This document shows positions 38,081 through 48,088 of a stretch of 64,000 nucleotides of DNA, piece by piece; position 1 is the first letter of the stretch; each line of letters begins with the position of its first letter. Made by a program: the position numbers and the translations under genes. The notes beneath the pieces were generated by a model. That model did no database searches. It was not told the origin of the DNA and saw only the letters and a list, made by a program, of their open reading frames with translations. Origin of the DNA: Patescibacteria group bacterium (GTDB taxonomy: Bacteria; Patescibacteriota; Patescibacteriia; JACRDY01); the NCBI GenBank assembly GCA_041671565.1, contig JBAZBH010000005.1, positions 3,083 to 67,082 on the forward strand, in the 5' to 3' direction.

Positions 38081-39370
38081 TTAAGGCCAGCGATCGACTA
38101 TAAATTTGAGGAGTTCTTGATAGGCAAGCTCCATCTGTTGGAAGTCTTCTTTGTTGCCCCACCAATGATGATTGTTGTGATAGATATGGAACTTCCACCA
38201 GTCCGAAATGTGCTTAGGGATGTTTAGGTTGAAGAGGTCGGCGTTCCTAAACACATATGATCCCGGCAGGGGCACGAAACGGAAAAGAGAAACTCTATCA
38301 ACCATAGGCCCAATATCCTTTAATAAGGAAATCGTCTCTTGCGTACTGGCAAGATTTTCCCCTGGGAATCCGTGAATAAGGAAGATTTTAACCTGAATGC
38401 CGACCGAGGTCGCTAGCGTGATTGCTTGCCTGATTTGGTTACTGGAGATATTTTTACCCATAGCCTTGAGCATTCTCTCACTTCCGGATTCAACACCAAA
38501 TTTAAGTTCTACGCATCCAGCACCATGCATAGTCTCAAGTAGTTCGTAATCAACCGTGTCGACACGGGAGAGGGCGGACCAACGCAATCCAAGATTGCCA
38601 ATAGATTCGCAGACATTTCTGACCATGTTTTTGTTAACGACAAAATTGTCGTCGACGATTGCAAAACCGCCGATATTGTACTTATGCTTTAGATGCTCCA
38701 ATTCCACTCTAATATTATTGCCAGAACGGTACTGGATTCTTTTCTGCATGACCGCACAGAAATGGCAGGAAAATGGGCAACCTCGGCTCAACATGATATG
38801 CGTCATGCGGATGTCTGTTTTTGCCAGGCGATTACTCATAATAAAGTCTGATTTATTGAGTAAGTGTCTGGCGGGCATAGGGAGCCAGTCGATAGAATCC
38901 TCGACGATCCGCTTTGGGGTGATTATAATAGACTGTGCTTTTAGACAGCATACCCCGCTGATTTGGGAAAAGTCCTTAGTTATATGTGCCTGGACGATTT
39001 CCAAAAAAGTCCTTTCGCCACTTCCAATTGCGACTACATCTGCTCGGAAGTCAACAATGGTCTCTTCGGGATAAAAGCTTGGATGAATGCCGCCTACTGC
39101 GATTGTCGGATTGCCTGAATAAAGGCTCTTGAAACGAGCTTCTTTGACGATTCCGTATGTTGCCGAAGACGGTACGCTAAAGCCAACTACATCGTAGTCG
39201 CGGAAGTCGCATTGCGTGTTATCTTGGCTGACTTTAATAAGATCGACCTTGAAGTGGTTTTCCTCAAGAAAAGCAGCAAGATAGAGCACTCCGAATGGCG
39301 GAAACTCTTTTCGCTTTTCTTTAAAACGCGCAAGATCATAAACCTCAGGATACACCAGAGCAACTTTCAT
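38081..39370 (-). CDS. B12-binding domain radical SAM protein
   Basis: N-terminal cobalamin-binding domain (MKVALVYPEVY...PFGVLYLAAFL), CxxxCxxC radical SAM motif LSRGCPFSCHFC; 429 aa. Confidence 0.8.
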   Translation of the reverse strand: MKVALVYPEVYDLARFKEKRKEFPPFGVLYLAAFLEENHFKVDLIKVSQDNTQCDFRDYDVVGFSVPSSATYGIVKEARFKSLYSGNPTIAVGGIHPSFYPEETIVDFRADVVAIGSGERTFLEIVQAHITKDFSQISGVCCLKAQSIIITPKRIVEDSIDWLPMPARHLLNKSDFIMSNRLAKTDIRMTHIMLSRGCPFSCHFCAVMQKRIQYRSGNNIRVELEHLKHKYNIGGFAIVDDNFVVNKNMVRNVCESIGNLGLRWSALSRVDTVDYELLETMHGAGCVELKFGVESGSERMLKAMGKNISSNQIRQAITLATSVGIQVKIFLIHGFPGENLASTQETISLLKDIGPMVDRVSLFRFVPLPGSYVFRNADLFNLNIPKHISDWWKFHIYHNNHHWWGNKEDFQQMELAYQELLKFIVDRWP

Positions 39371-39825
39371 GGTATTTCCCTTTCTCTGTTAGGTGTGTGT
39401 GGGAGTAAAACCGCAAGCATTTAATCAAAAGCTAAATTTTCAGAAGCTTTAATAACTTTAACTACTGCCGTTAATAGCGATTTTTGCCGTAAAATGGTTT
39501 TAATCTCGATCTTAGTCTTTGTAATTATTTTTTTTGGTTACATCAAGTAAATCGAGATCTTCTAAAAAAGTTTCGCAAATTGTCAAAGTGCCAGCTCATC
39601 AAGAAATTTTTTTGGTTGGCGAGTTGGTTTTAGTTAATTATTCACCCATGTTTAAATTTAACCTATGGCCGAATAATCATCTGAATATACCTCCATGGTC
39701 AATAATTGTCAATAATTCAAACTTGGGTATTTTGGTCATCTGTATCCACCGTTCGTGGATATAGTCCCTGAATACTGCCCGCTTCGCCGAATCGAGGCGA
39801 GCATACTGCTCCCTGAATACTCCTC

Positions 39826-39900
39826 CGGGGCTAGCCAAAACCGCGGTTTTGCGCTAGAATAGTTGGAGTAAATACCTAAATTTACAGGAGCCTACCTCGC
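39826..39900 (+). promoter_or_regulatory. conserved promoter module copy 3 (TAGCCA-17-TAGAAT) upstream of the HlyD-family gene
   Basis: ggggCTAGCCAaaaccgcggttttgcgcTAGAATagttggagtaaatacctaaatttacaggagcctacctcgc, 45-nt match to copies 1 and 2. Confidence 0.45.
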
Positions 39901-40060
39901 AAATAGCTTCTACTGCGATTGGCGAATTTTGGCTACAAATTGTTCAAAACTCGTCAGCATAACCAGGTTATGCCTCCTCGTTTTTCACAATTTTCGCTCA
40001 AAATTCGCTCAATCTCGTGACGAAGCTATTTGTGAGATAGGCTCTAATTATTTTAATTTT

Positions 40061-41728
40061 ATGAAGAAAAGAAACAAGATTATTATTATCGTGGCGGTGG
40101 TGGCGGTTATTCTTGGCGGCTGGTTATACGCTCGGGCAAAAGGCAGCGCCGCGCCGGAATATGTCACGGCGAAAGTGGAGCGGGGCAAATTAACCCAAAC
40201 CGTTTCGGCGACCGGCTCGGTCAAGAGCACGGAAACTATTAACCTGAATTTTGCCGCCTCCGGCCGGATTACAGCGGTTAAAGTGAAAGTTGGCGACAAG
40301 GTTCGGGCGGGGCAGTATTTGGCAGCGCTCGACAGCGGCGATTTGGCGGTGCAATTGCGCCAATACCAGGCGGCGCTCGCTTCGGCGCAAGCAAACTTAG
40401 ATAAAATCCTTGCCGGCGCCAGCCAGGAAGAAATCGGCGTTTCTCAGGCGCAGGTGGACGGCGCGCTGGCGGCTTGGAACGCGGCCGTGTTGGATCTCGC
40501 CAACGCGGAAAACAACCGCGACGCCAACATGAAGATTTACCGTGAAACGGCTCTAACTGATTTGCAGAATTACCTTTTTAAGGCTCGGTCAAGCATGGAT
40601 GTGGTGGAACGGACTTATACTGATCCGGCCGGCAAAGATTATCTCGGCATTAAAAATCCGCAGAACCTCACTAGCGCCAAAGCGGAACGGCTGAATACAT
40701 TGGCTTTACTTAATAACAGCGAAGTCAAAATCAATCTGGCGGCCGGGAGCGGCAGTGACGCGGATTTAATCTCCGGAATTGACAGTTTGCTCCTTGGCAT
40801 AAACAGCGCCACTACCACCTTGGACTATATGTTTAGCGCTCTTCAAGACGCGCTGACAACCAATACTTTTCCGGAAGCGAGTCTGGACGCGTTAAAGGTT
40901 AATGTTAAGGCCGAGCAAACTATTATGAATACGGCGACCGGCGCTTTACAGACTGACCGCAGCAATTTACAGACCAAGAAAATTTATTATGATAACGCCG
41001 TGGATACTGCCGCCAGCGCCGCGGAAATTAAAAAGCAGGCTTGGACGCTGGCTCAGGCGCAATACAATGTCACGGTTGCCAGCCCCAAAACCAATGATGT
41101 GTCCTATTACCGCGCCTTAGTCAGCCAGGCGGCGGCGCAAGTGGCCGGCATTCAGCAAAAAATGTCTGACCGGGTGATCTCAGCGCCGACCGGCGGCACG
41201 ATCACCAAGGTTAATAATTTTGTTGGCGAAACTTCCAGCCTCGGGACGCCGGTTTTGGTGATGCTCCCGGATAACCCGTATTACATTGAAGTGGATATAT
41301 CTGAAGCCGACATTGCTAAAGTTAAAGTTGGCGATTTGGCGTCTTTTACTTTGGACGCTTATGGCAGCGACACCAAGTTTTCCGGCGCGGTCTTGTCAGT
41401 CGAGCCGGCGGAAACCGTGATTTCCGGCGTGGTTTATTACAAAGTCAAAATCAATCTGGAGTCGGCCGGGCAGGAAATCAAGCCGGGCATGACCGCCAAC
41501 ATCGATATTATCACCGCGGAAAAAGCTGATGTGCTGTATCTGCCGGCGCGGGCGGTTAAGACCGAAAATGGCAAGAAGGTGGTCAGCGTTCTTACCGACT
41601 CGGCAAAGAAAACTCTAGAAACCAAAGAAGTAACCGTGGGGTTAAAAGGGGATAATGGTTTGATTGAGCTGGTTTCCGGGTTAAATGAAGGAGACGAGGT
41701 GGTGGTTTACACCAAAAACGGAAAATAA
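40061..41728 (+). CDS. HlyD-family periplasmic adaptor (membrane fusion protein, MacA-like)
   Basis: N-terminal TM (MKKRNKIIIIVAVVAVILGG), long coiled-coil region, C-terminal beta-barrel domains; precedes the MacB-type ABC genes. Start moved to the ATG at 40061 (track starts at 39929). Confidence 0.7.
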   Translation: MKKRNKIIIIVAVVAVILGGWLYARAKGSAAPEYVTAKVERGKLTQTVSATGSVKSTETINLNFAASGRITAVKVKVGDKVRAGQYLAALDSGDLAVQLRQYQAALASAQANLDKILAGASQEEIGVSQAQVDGALAAWNAAVLDLANAENNRDANMKIYRETALTDLQNYLFKARSSMDVVERTYTDPAGKDYLGIKNPQNLTSAKAERLNTLALLNNSEVKINLAAGSGSDADLISGIDSLLLGINSATTTLDYMFSALQDALTTNTFPEASLDALKVNVKAEQTIMNTATGALQTDRSNLQTKKIYYDNAVDTAASAAEIKKQAWTLAQAQYNVTVASPKTNDVSYYRALVSQAAAQVAGIQQKMSDRVISAPTGGTITKVNNFVGETSSLGTPVLVMLPDNPYYIEVDISEADIAKVKVGDLASFTLDAYGSDTKFSGAVLSVEPAETVISGVVYYKVKINLESAGQEIKPGMTANIDIITAEKADVLYLPARAVKTENGKKVVSVLTDSAKKTLETKEVTVGLKGDNGLIELVSGLNEGDEVVVYTKNGK

Positions 41729-41852
41729 GTAGGAAATGACAAAATCCCAATGTCCAATCAATGCCAAATGCCAAAAGGTGGTAATTTGACATTAAGCATT
41801 TGGATTTGATTGGATATTTGAGCTTTGTCATTCTTGAAATTGAAATATTTAT

Positions 41853-42578
41853 ATGTCCAAACCAATCATTCAAGTCGTTGACTTAAAAAAAGATTATACC
41901 AACGAAGAAGTCATCACCTCAGTTCTCCGCGGGGTGAGTTTTGTGATTAACCCGGGCGAGTTTGTGGCGATTATGGGGCCGTCGGGCTCGGGCAAATCAA
42001 CCCTGATGCATATCTTGGGACTTTTAGACCGGGCAACGGTCGGCGATTATCTTTTGAAAGGCGGCAATGTCAAAGACCTGACCGACGAGGCGCTTGCCGA
42101 AACGCGCCTGCGAACGATTGGCTTTATTTTTCAAGCGTTTAATCTGCTACCGCGGCAGTCGGCTCTCGAGAATGTTAAACTGCCTTTGGTTTATAACCGC
42201 GAGGTGAATATTACCGCGCGCGCGGCTAAAGCCCAGGCGGCTTTGGAGGCGGTGGGCCTCGGGCACCGGTTAAATTTTCTCGCCAACCAGCTCTCCGGCG
42301 GCGAGAAACAGCGGGTGGCAATTGCCCGGGCACTGGTCAACGATCCGGATATTATTTTTGCTGATGAACCGACCGGCAACCTGGACAGCAAATCCGGCGA
42401 GGCGGTCATGGAAATTTTGGAAAAACTGAACGACAGCGGCAAAACCATTATCTTGGTGACCCACGAAAAAGACACGGCCGAACACGCCAAACGGGTGATC
42501 AAAATCCGCGACGGTATGCTCGCCGGCGACGAGATGGTGGAGAACCGGCGGTTGGCTAAGGACGGACTACAGAAGTAA
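41853..42578 (+). CDS. ABC transporter ATP-binding protein (MacB/LolD-type)
   Basis: Walker A GPSGSGKST, signature LSGGEKQRVAIARAL, Walker B IIFADEPTGNLD. Confidence 0.85.
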   Translation: MSKPIIQVVDLKKDYTNEEVITSVLRGVSFVINPGEFVAIMGPSGSGKSTLMHILGLLDRATVGDYLLKGGNVKDLTDEALAETRLRTIGFIFQAFNLLPRQSALENVKLPLVYNREVNITARAAKAQAALEAVGLGHRLNFLANQLSGGEKQRVAIARALVNDPDIIFADEPTGNLDSKSGEAVMEILEKLNDSGKTIILVTHEKDTAEHAKRVIKIRDGMLAGDEMVENRRLAKDGLQK

Positions 42579-42701
42579 TGTAAAATTTAAAAATCAAAAT
42601 GGAAAATGACAATTTAAAATTAAAAATGTCTGGTAGAATAGCTGATTCATTAAATCGCCGAGAAGCTGGCAATTTTACATTTTACACTGTCATTTTCCAT
42701 T

Positions 42702-43952
42702 TTGATTTTTGATTTTTCAATTATGTACTTCTTGGACGCGATAAAAATGGCCGAACGCAACTTGCTCGCCAACAAAAAGCGGGCGGTTTTGACTATCTTA
42801 GGGATTGTTATCGGCATTACGGCGGTGATTGTGATTATGGCAGTTGGCGCCGGCGCGCAAGGTTTGGTGGTGGGGCAGATCAATAGCCTCGGTTCAAACT
42901 TAGTCGGCATTTTGCCGGGCGGCGGCGACAGCAAAAGTCCGCCGGCTTTTGTTTTTGGCATTATTATTACCACTCTCAAAAATGACGATATCTACGCGAT
43001 TCGGCGTCAAGTGCCGGCCGTGGTGGCGGCTAGCGGTATTGTCACGGCGAACGAAACCGCGTCGCATGAAAATCAGAGCGGCGCTTTTAGTATCTATGGC
43101 TGTTCGGCCGAGTTTCCGGCGGTGAATGATCTGGAGGTGGACAGCGGCCGCTGGTTCACCGAGGAAGAAGAAAAGGGCCTGGGCCGAGTGGCAGTGCTTG
43201 GCAGCCAGGTGGCAATCGATTTGTTTGAAGGCGATGATCCGCTGGGGCAGAAAATTAAAATTAAAAAAGAGTCTTTTACCGTGATTGGCGTGACTAAGCC
43301 CAAAGGCGCGGTGATGACCGAGAATTTCGACAAGACAATCTATTTGCCGGTGAGCGCGGCGCAGAAATTGATCCTCGGGATTGATTACCTCAATTTTGCC
43401 CGGGTGAAAATCGACGAGGCGGCTAATATCGGGCCGGCGATTAGCGAGATCGAAAGTATTTTACGCGACCGGCATAATATTGATAACCCGAGCGACGATG
43501 ACTTTAGCGTCCGCGACCAGGCGCAGGCTTTGGATATTCTGACTCAAATCACCGACTATTTGCGGTTTTTTCTCGCGGCAGTGGCGGCGATTGCCCTCTT
43601 GGTCGGCGGCATCGGCATTATGAATATCATGCTGGTGTCGGTGACCGAACGGACTCGGGAAATCGGCCTCCGTAAAGCCGTCGGCGCGACCGAGGGCCAA
43701 ATTCTCCTGCAATTTCTTTTGGAAGCGGTTTTTCTCACCGTGATTGCCGGCGTGGTCGGAGTGATACTCGGCGGACTGATATCTTTTTTAATTTCTCTAG
43801 TCATGCAATCCTTGGGTTACAGCTGGCTGTTTAGTATTTCTTTTGGTTCAATCGTTTTGGCAGTTGGCGTCGCCGGCGGCATCGGCCTAGTTTTTGGCTA
43901 TTATCCGGCAAAACGGGCGGCGCGGCTGGATCCGGTGGAAGCGCTGCGATAA
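42702..43952 (+). CDS. ABC transporter permease, FtsX/MacB-like (4 TM plus large periplasmic domain)
   Basis: MacB_PCD-like periplasmic domain then FtsX domain (GGIGIMNIMLVSVTERTREIGLRKAVGA). Confidence 0.8.
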   Translation: MIFDFSIMYFLDAIKMAERNLLANKKRAVLTILGIVIGITAVIVIMAVGAGAQGLVVGQINSLGSNLVGILPGGGDSKSPPAFVFGIIITTLKNDDIYAIRRQVPAVVAASGIVTANETASHENQSGAFSIYGCSAEFPAVNDLEVDSGRWFTEEEEKGLGRVAVLGSQVAIDLFEGDDPLGQKIKIKKESFTVIGVTKPKGAVMTENFDKTIYLPVSAAQKLILGIDYLNFARVKIDEAANIGPAISEIESILRDRHNIDNPSDDDFSVRDQAQALDILTQITDYLRFFLAAVAAIALLVGGIGIMNIMLVSVTERTREIGLRKAVGATEGQILLQFLLEAVFLTVIAGVVGVILGGLISFLISLVMQSLGYSWLFSISFGSIVLAVGVAGGIGLVFGYYPAKRAARLDPVEALR

Positions 43953-44087
43953 CTTATTTCCTTTATTTTAGGCCTTGGTTAAGGTTTCTAACACTAGAGT
44001 TGAAAGTTATAAAGTTATAAAGTTGAAAGTTAGGGAACTTTAAAACTTTATAACTTTCAACTTTATAACTTTGGTCGGCAAAAGTTT

Positions 44088-45323
44088 ATGCGGTTATATT
44101 CCTTTATAGATCAATTAAAGACTACCGTCGCCACCCTCCGAGCCAATAAAGGCCGGTCGATTTTGACGCTCCTGGGGATTGTCATTGGCATCACTTCGGT
44201 GATTATTGTTTTCTCTGCCGGCCGGGCGCTCCAAGCCTTTATGGATGACCAAATGTCGTCTTTTGGCAGCAATTATATCCAGATCGAGCCGCGCACGCCG
44301 GGCCAGCAAAATCAAGGCACCGGGCCGAATGTCGTCACGACCTTGAAAGAGAGCGACCGCGAGGCAATCATGAAAATCCCGAATATCCGGACCGCCTACG
44401 GCGGCCTGATGGGCCAAGAAAAAATCACCTATCAGAGCGAGTCGGAAAAAGTCATGCTTTGGGGCGTGTCGCCGGAGTATTTGGATATTGACACCGGCGA
44501 GATCGCCGCTGGACGCTGGTTCACGCAGGAAGAAAATAATTCACAAGCCAAAGTGGCGGTTCTGGGGAGCGAGATTAAAGATACCTTGTTTGGGACCGGC
44601 GAATATATCGGCCGTGATGTCAAAATCGGCCGGCAGAATTTCAAAGTCATTGGCAGTTTCCAGTCGCGCGGGGGGCTCGGGTTTTTTAACATGGACAAAA
44701 TGGTTTGGCTGCCGGTCAAAACTCTCCAAAAAGAAATCTTGGGCGTGGATTACCTCAGCTGGATTACGGCGCAAATGGCGGATCCGACAGAGAGCGAATT
44801 CACCGCCGTCCAGGTCAATGATCTCCTTCGCGACCGGCATAATATCACCGACCCGGCGCGCGATGACTTTCAAGCGGTGACCCAAGAACAGGCGCAGGGG
44901 ATAGTGGATACGGTGGTCAACGGCATCACGGCGTTACTTTTGGTCTTGGTGGCGATTTCGCTCCTGGTCGGCGGCGTCGGCATTATGAATATCATGTATG
45001 TCACCGTGACCGAGCGGACTTATGAGATTGGCCTCCGCAAAGCGGTCGGCGCCACGGCCCGCGATATTCTCTGGCAGTTTCTCCTGGAAGCCGTCACCCT
45101 GACTTTCGCCGGCGGGGTCGTAGGAATCGTCTGCGGCGCGTTGGTGTCATTTGGCATTTCGCTTCTCGCTAACTTTTTTGGTTTTGCTTGGAAGTTTAGC
45201 CTGCCCCTCAACGGCATTTTGATCTCTTGTATTTTCTCGGTGCTGGTTGGGCTGATTTTCGGCCTATACCCGGCGCGTAAAGCGGCCAGGCTAGATCCGG
45301 TGGAGGCGCTGCGGAATGAGTAG
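44088..45323 (+). CDS. ABC transporter permease, FtsX/MacB-like (second copy)
   Basis: Paralogous to 42702..43952 (GGVGIMNIMYVTVTERTYEIGLRKAVGA). Confidence 0.8.
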   Translation: MRLYSFIDQLKTTVATLRANKGRSILTLLGIVIGITSVIIVFSAGRALQAFMDDQMSSFGSNYIQIEPRTPGQQNQGTGPNVVTTLKESDREAIMKIPNIRTAYGGLMGQEKITYQSESEKVMLWGVSPEYLDIDTGEIAAGRWFTQEENNSQAKVAVLGSEIKDTLFGTGEYIGRDVKIGRQNFKVIGSFQSRGGLGFFNMDKMVWLPVKTLQKEILGVDYLSWITAQMADPTESEFTAVQVNDLLRDRHNITDPARDDFQAVTQEQAQGIVDTVVNGITALLLVLVAISLLVGGVGIMNIMYVTVTERTYEIGLRKAVGATARDILWQFLLEAVTLTFAGGVVGIVCGALVSFGISLLANFFGFAWKFSLPLNGILISCIFSVLVGLIFGLYPARKAARLDPVEALRNE

Positions 45324-45498
45324 CGGTAAGCCCCGAAGGGGCCTCTTCGGGGCAATAAGCTGTAAGCTATAAGGGGTGGATGAGCCACGAATAGCGTAAA
45401 TTTAACCCTTATAGCTTACCGCTTAATCTGGACTATTTCCTAATTTGTGCTAAAGTCGGGGTATCAAAGTAACTGTTTTAACCCAGGAGGTGTTAGCC

Positions 45499-45987
45499 AT
45501 GGACAAACAGAACAGCCAAGTTGAAAATCAAAACGACAGCGCGGAACGGATGGGAAAACTGGTGGAGTCTCAAGGAACAATAATCAAATGCCTGTTCCTT
45601 GTTATCTTCTTTCTCATCGCCATAGCGATGGTTGCGGCCTTTTGGCCCCGGGCGAAAACCTTGCCTGAATTGCTGGCCGCGGCGGAATGCCTGGACCCGG
45701 CGCAGATCGCCGAGATCACTTACAGCCCGGAACATGAGAATATGGTCCAGCTCATCTGGCCTGACGGTTCAAGCGGCATGTTGCCGTGGGGCAGTGTCTT
45801 GGAGGCGGACTTTGATGATGGTGACGGTCATTACTTCACCAATGTCTGCAATGTCCAGCCGATCTTTGACCGGCTAATGTGCCGGTTGTACGGCATCGGC
45901 GGCATTGGCGGCTTTGATCTCCAAAACCGCGAGTTCTGGACCATCCGGGTCGTGGACCAGCGGCCATTTCCCCATCTAGGGGAATAA
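45499..45987 (+). CDS. hypothetical membrane-anchored protein, GC-rich island, paralogous motif with the next gene
   Basis: ATG at 45499 with AGGAGG 8 nt upstream (the track GTG start is at 45490); TM helix; motif NVCNVQPIFDRLMCRLYGI resembles GTCTMEPIMESFMCRFYEV in 46255..47841; local GC clearly above the window average. Confidence 0.4.
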   Translation: MDKQNSQVENQNDSAERMGKLVESQGTIIKCLFLVIFFLIAIAMVAAFWPRAKTLPELLAAAECLDPAQIAEITYSPEHENMVQLIWPDGSSGMLPWGSVLEADFDDGDGHYFTNVCNVQPIFDRLMCRLYGIGGIGGFDLQNREFWTIRVVDQRPFPHLGE

Positions 45988-46254
45988 TAGCAATAAAATC
46001 AAGGACAATCAGAGGCTGGGCAAGACGCCTGGCCTTTTTCTTTTGGGGTGCTCTGCGCTCCGTACTAATTGCCTCAAATCCTTGACAATAATTGGTATAT
46101 ATGATAGGCTACAGGCATTAGATAAAGACCTTTGAAAATATCAATAAATATGGGCTATATTCGTTTAGCCTTAAGGATTTAGACAGTGATTCCGGATGCC
46201 TCGCCGAAGGTCGGCGGGGTACGCAATTCACAACACGGTTAAGGAGATCGGATC

Positions 46255-47841
46255 ATGAAAAAGCTCAGTTTGGTTCTGGCGATGATGTTGGCGATGATGC
46301 TGACGGTGACCGCCTTTGCGGCCGGACCTCTCAGCCCGCCGGTCGATTCCGTCGGCCCCGGAGGTTGCGACTTCCAATGGCCGTGGGAAAGCGATGACGA
46401 CGCGGACGACGACACCGATGACGACGCCGGCGAGAACCTCAACAATGAGGAAGTTTGCAGCTGGGTGTATTCACCGGCAGAGAAACGGCTGCATCTGGAT
46501 TGGAGCAATGGTGGTCGTCCCGGCACCTGTATTATCCCGGAAGGGATTCAGGCCGGCGCTATTCTCGAGGCGACGGATCAATGTGGATCCGGATGGGTCG
46601 GGACATGCACCATGGAACCGATCATGGAGTCGTTCATGTGTCGGTTTTATGAGGTTCCACCTCCGGCCACGAAGGAGTGTATTGTGCTTCGGATTATGAA
46701 TGACGGCGACGACGACATCGAGTCCTGTGACGGATGTTTCGTTGACGGCGTTTGCTACGCCGCCGGCACCTTGAACTCAGCCAACTCTTGCTTGGAATGT
46801 AATCCCAGCAATAGCCCAACTGGCTGGTCGGCAGTGCAAAACGGCACGGCGTGCGACGACGGATTGTTCTGCAACGGCTTCGATAACTGCGACTACGGCG
46901 TTTGCACGACGCATACTGGCACGCCTTGCCTTGATAGTTGCGATGAAGACGCCGATCAGTGTGGATGGTGCCCTGAAGGTGGTTGCGTTCATTTTTTGAA
47001 CCGTCTGGCAGCAGGCGGACCGGATGTCGATAATGTTTACCTTGAAATGCGCGTTGCTTTCAACGCCAACGACGAGGTTCAAGGGTTCCCGGCTTTCACG
47101 GGGCAAAATGCGATAACTCGGCAAGACCTTATCAATGGGTATGCTGAATTGATCGTCGAGACCTCGGACGGGTGGACGGTGGAGGTTCAGAAGAACCTTG
47201 TCACTGGCAACGCCGACGGTGACCTGTATTATGCCACGGTGCCGTTCGAGCTCGAGAATTTTCGGCTGAATTTAGAAACGGCATATGGCCGCCGATCGTA
47301 TGCCAACCCTGGGCTCTTCAAGATTCAGGGAAACTTGTATCCCTGTGACATGGGTATCTTTTCGCGGACGGCGGATTGCTCGTTTCTGCGGGTGGCGTTG
47401 AATTCATCGACGCCATCAGGAGTTTTCAGCGCAGGTTACGACAAGGTGGTCTATAAGGGCAACTTGGTTGTGGCCGCGAATATCGACTACACATGGGTTC
47501 CTGCGATGAAATTCAGGTTGGTTACCTCCGATCAACCGATCATGCCGTCGCCGACGAACTTTTTCGGCTTCCGGCTGATGTCGGAAGATTTCCAAACAAC
47601 TTACGGCACAGGAGAGTTGATAGGGGATATGATTTACATCACCCGCTCCGATCTCAACCATGCTGCTTTGGGGGTTGGTTCCGGAACAACCAAAACGGTG
47701 GTTTTGGTCGCCAGTGTGGTGGGGTTACCCATCAACACCAGCTTCGGATTCATCTTGATGTCGGTCGAGGCGACCGACTACAACGGCGAACCCAGGGATG
47801 TTGCTGGCGTCCCACTTTCGGGCGGCTGGATGACGCTCTGA
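46255..47841 (+). CDS. secreted cysteine-rich repeat protein (acidic N-terminal region, myxo-type disulfide repeat-like Cys modules, C-terminal beta-rich domain)
   Basis: Signal peptide MKKLSLVLAMMLAMMLTVTAFA, poly-Asp DDDADDDTDDD, repeats like C..C..........GTACDDGLFCNGFDNCDYGVC; GC-rich codon usage unlike its neighbours. Confidence 0.5.
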   Translation: MKKLSLVLAMMLAMMLTVTAFAAGPLSPPVDSVGPGGCDFQWPWESDDDADDDTDDDAGENLNNEEVCSWVYSPAEKRLHLDWSNGGRPGTCIIPEGIQAGAILEATDQCGSGWVGTCTMEPIMESFMCRFYEVPPPATKECIVLRIMNDGDDDIESCDGCFVDGVCYAAGTLNSANSCLECNPSNSPTGWSAVQNGTACDDGLFCNGFDNCDYGVCTTHTGTPCLDSCDEDADQCGWCPEGGCVHFLNRLAAGGPDVDNVYLEMRVAFNANDEVQGFPAFTGQNAITRQDLINGYAELIVETSDGWTVEVQKNLVTGNADGDLYYATVPFELENFRLNLETAYGRRSYANPGLFKIQGNLYPCDMGIFSRTADCSFLRVALNSSTPSGVFSAGYDKVVYKGNLVVAANIDYTWVPAMKFRLVTSDQPIMPSPTNFFGFRLMSEDFQTTYGTGELIGDMIYITRSDLNHAALGVGSGTTKTVVLVASVVGLPINTSFGFILMSVEATDYNGEPRDVAGVPLSGGWMTL

Positions 47842-47851
47842 TCTTTTCACA

Positions 47852-47885
47852 ATTTTATGCAAAGGACTACCCTCGGGGTGGTCCT
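47852..47885 (+). terminator. rho-independent terminator (AGGACTACCC-tcgg-GGTGGTCCTTTTTCTTTT)
   Basis: Hairpin plus T-tract; the same tail CCTTTTTCTTTTGGGG occurs after the previous gene at about 46030. Confidence 0.6.
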
Positions 47886-47899
47886 TTTTCTTTTGGGGG

Positions 47900-48005
47900 A
47901 GTCCACAGTCCAGAGTCCGGAGTGAGCTGTTAGCTAATAAATCCCAAGGGGATCCCTTTGGGACTCTGAGCTTTCTCTGAACTCCGGACTCGGGACTCTG
48001 GACTC
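47900..48005. repeat. intergenic word-palindrome (GTCCGGAGTC family, as at 6811..6898)
   Basis: gagtccacagtccagagtccggagtgagc...gaactccggactcgggactctggactc. Confidence 0.6.
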
Positions 48006-48061
48006 GTTAGCACTCTTGATCCCGCCAGTCGCTCCGCTCCTGGCGGGACAAGCACCTTCTT

Positions 48062-48088
48062 TTAGCACTCTTGACATAGGAGTGCTAA
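48062..48088 (+). promoter_or_regulatory. CIRCE operator (HrcA binding site) TTAGCACTC-N9-GAGTGCTAA, with TTGACA in the spacer and TATAAT at 48095..48100
   Basis: Exact match to the CIRCE consensus directly upstream of hrcA; a half-site TTAGCACTCTTGA also occurs at 48008. Confidence 0.9.

Noticed and set aside
46316-46699. Alternative-frame ORFs (127 aa, 65 aa, 115 aa, 146 aa) within the GC-rich island
   Set aside because: These are same-region alternative frames of the 528-aa secreted protein gene. High GC produces long spurious open frames, and the main frame has a signal peptide and repeat structure.
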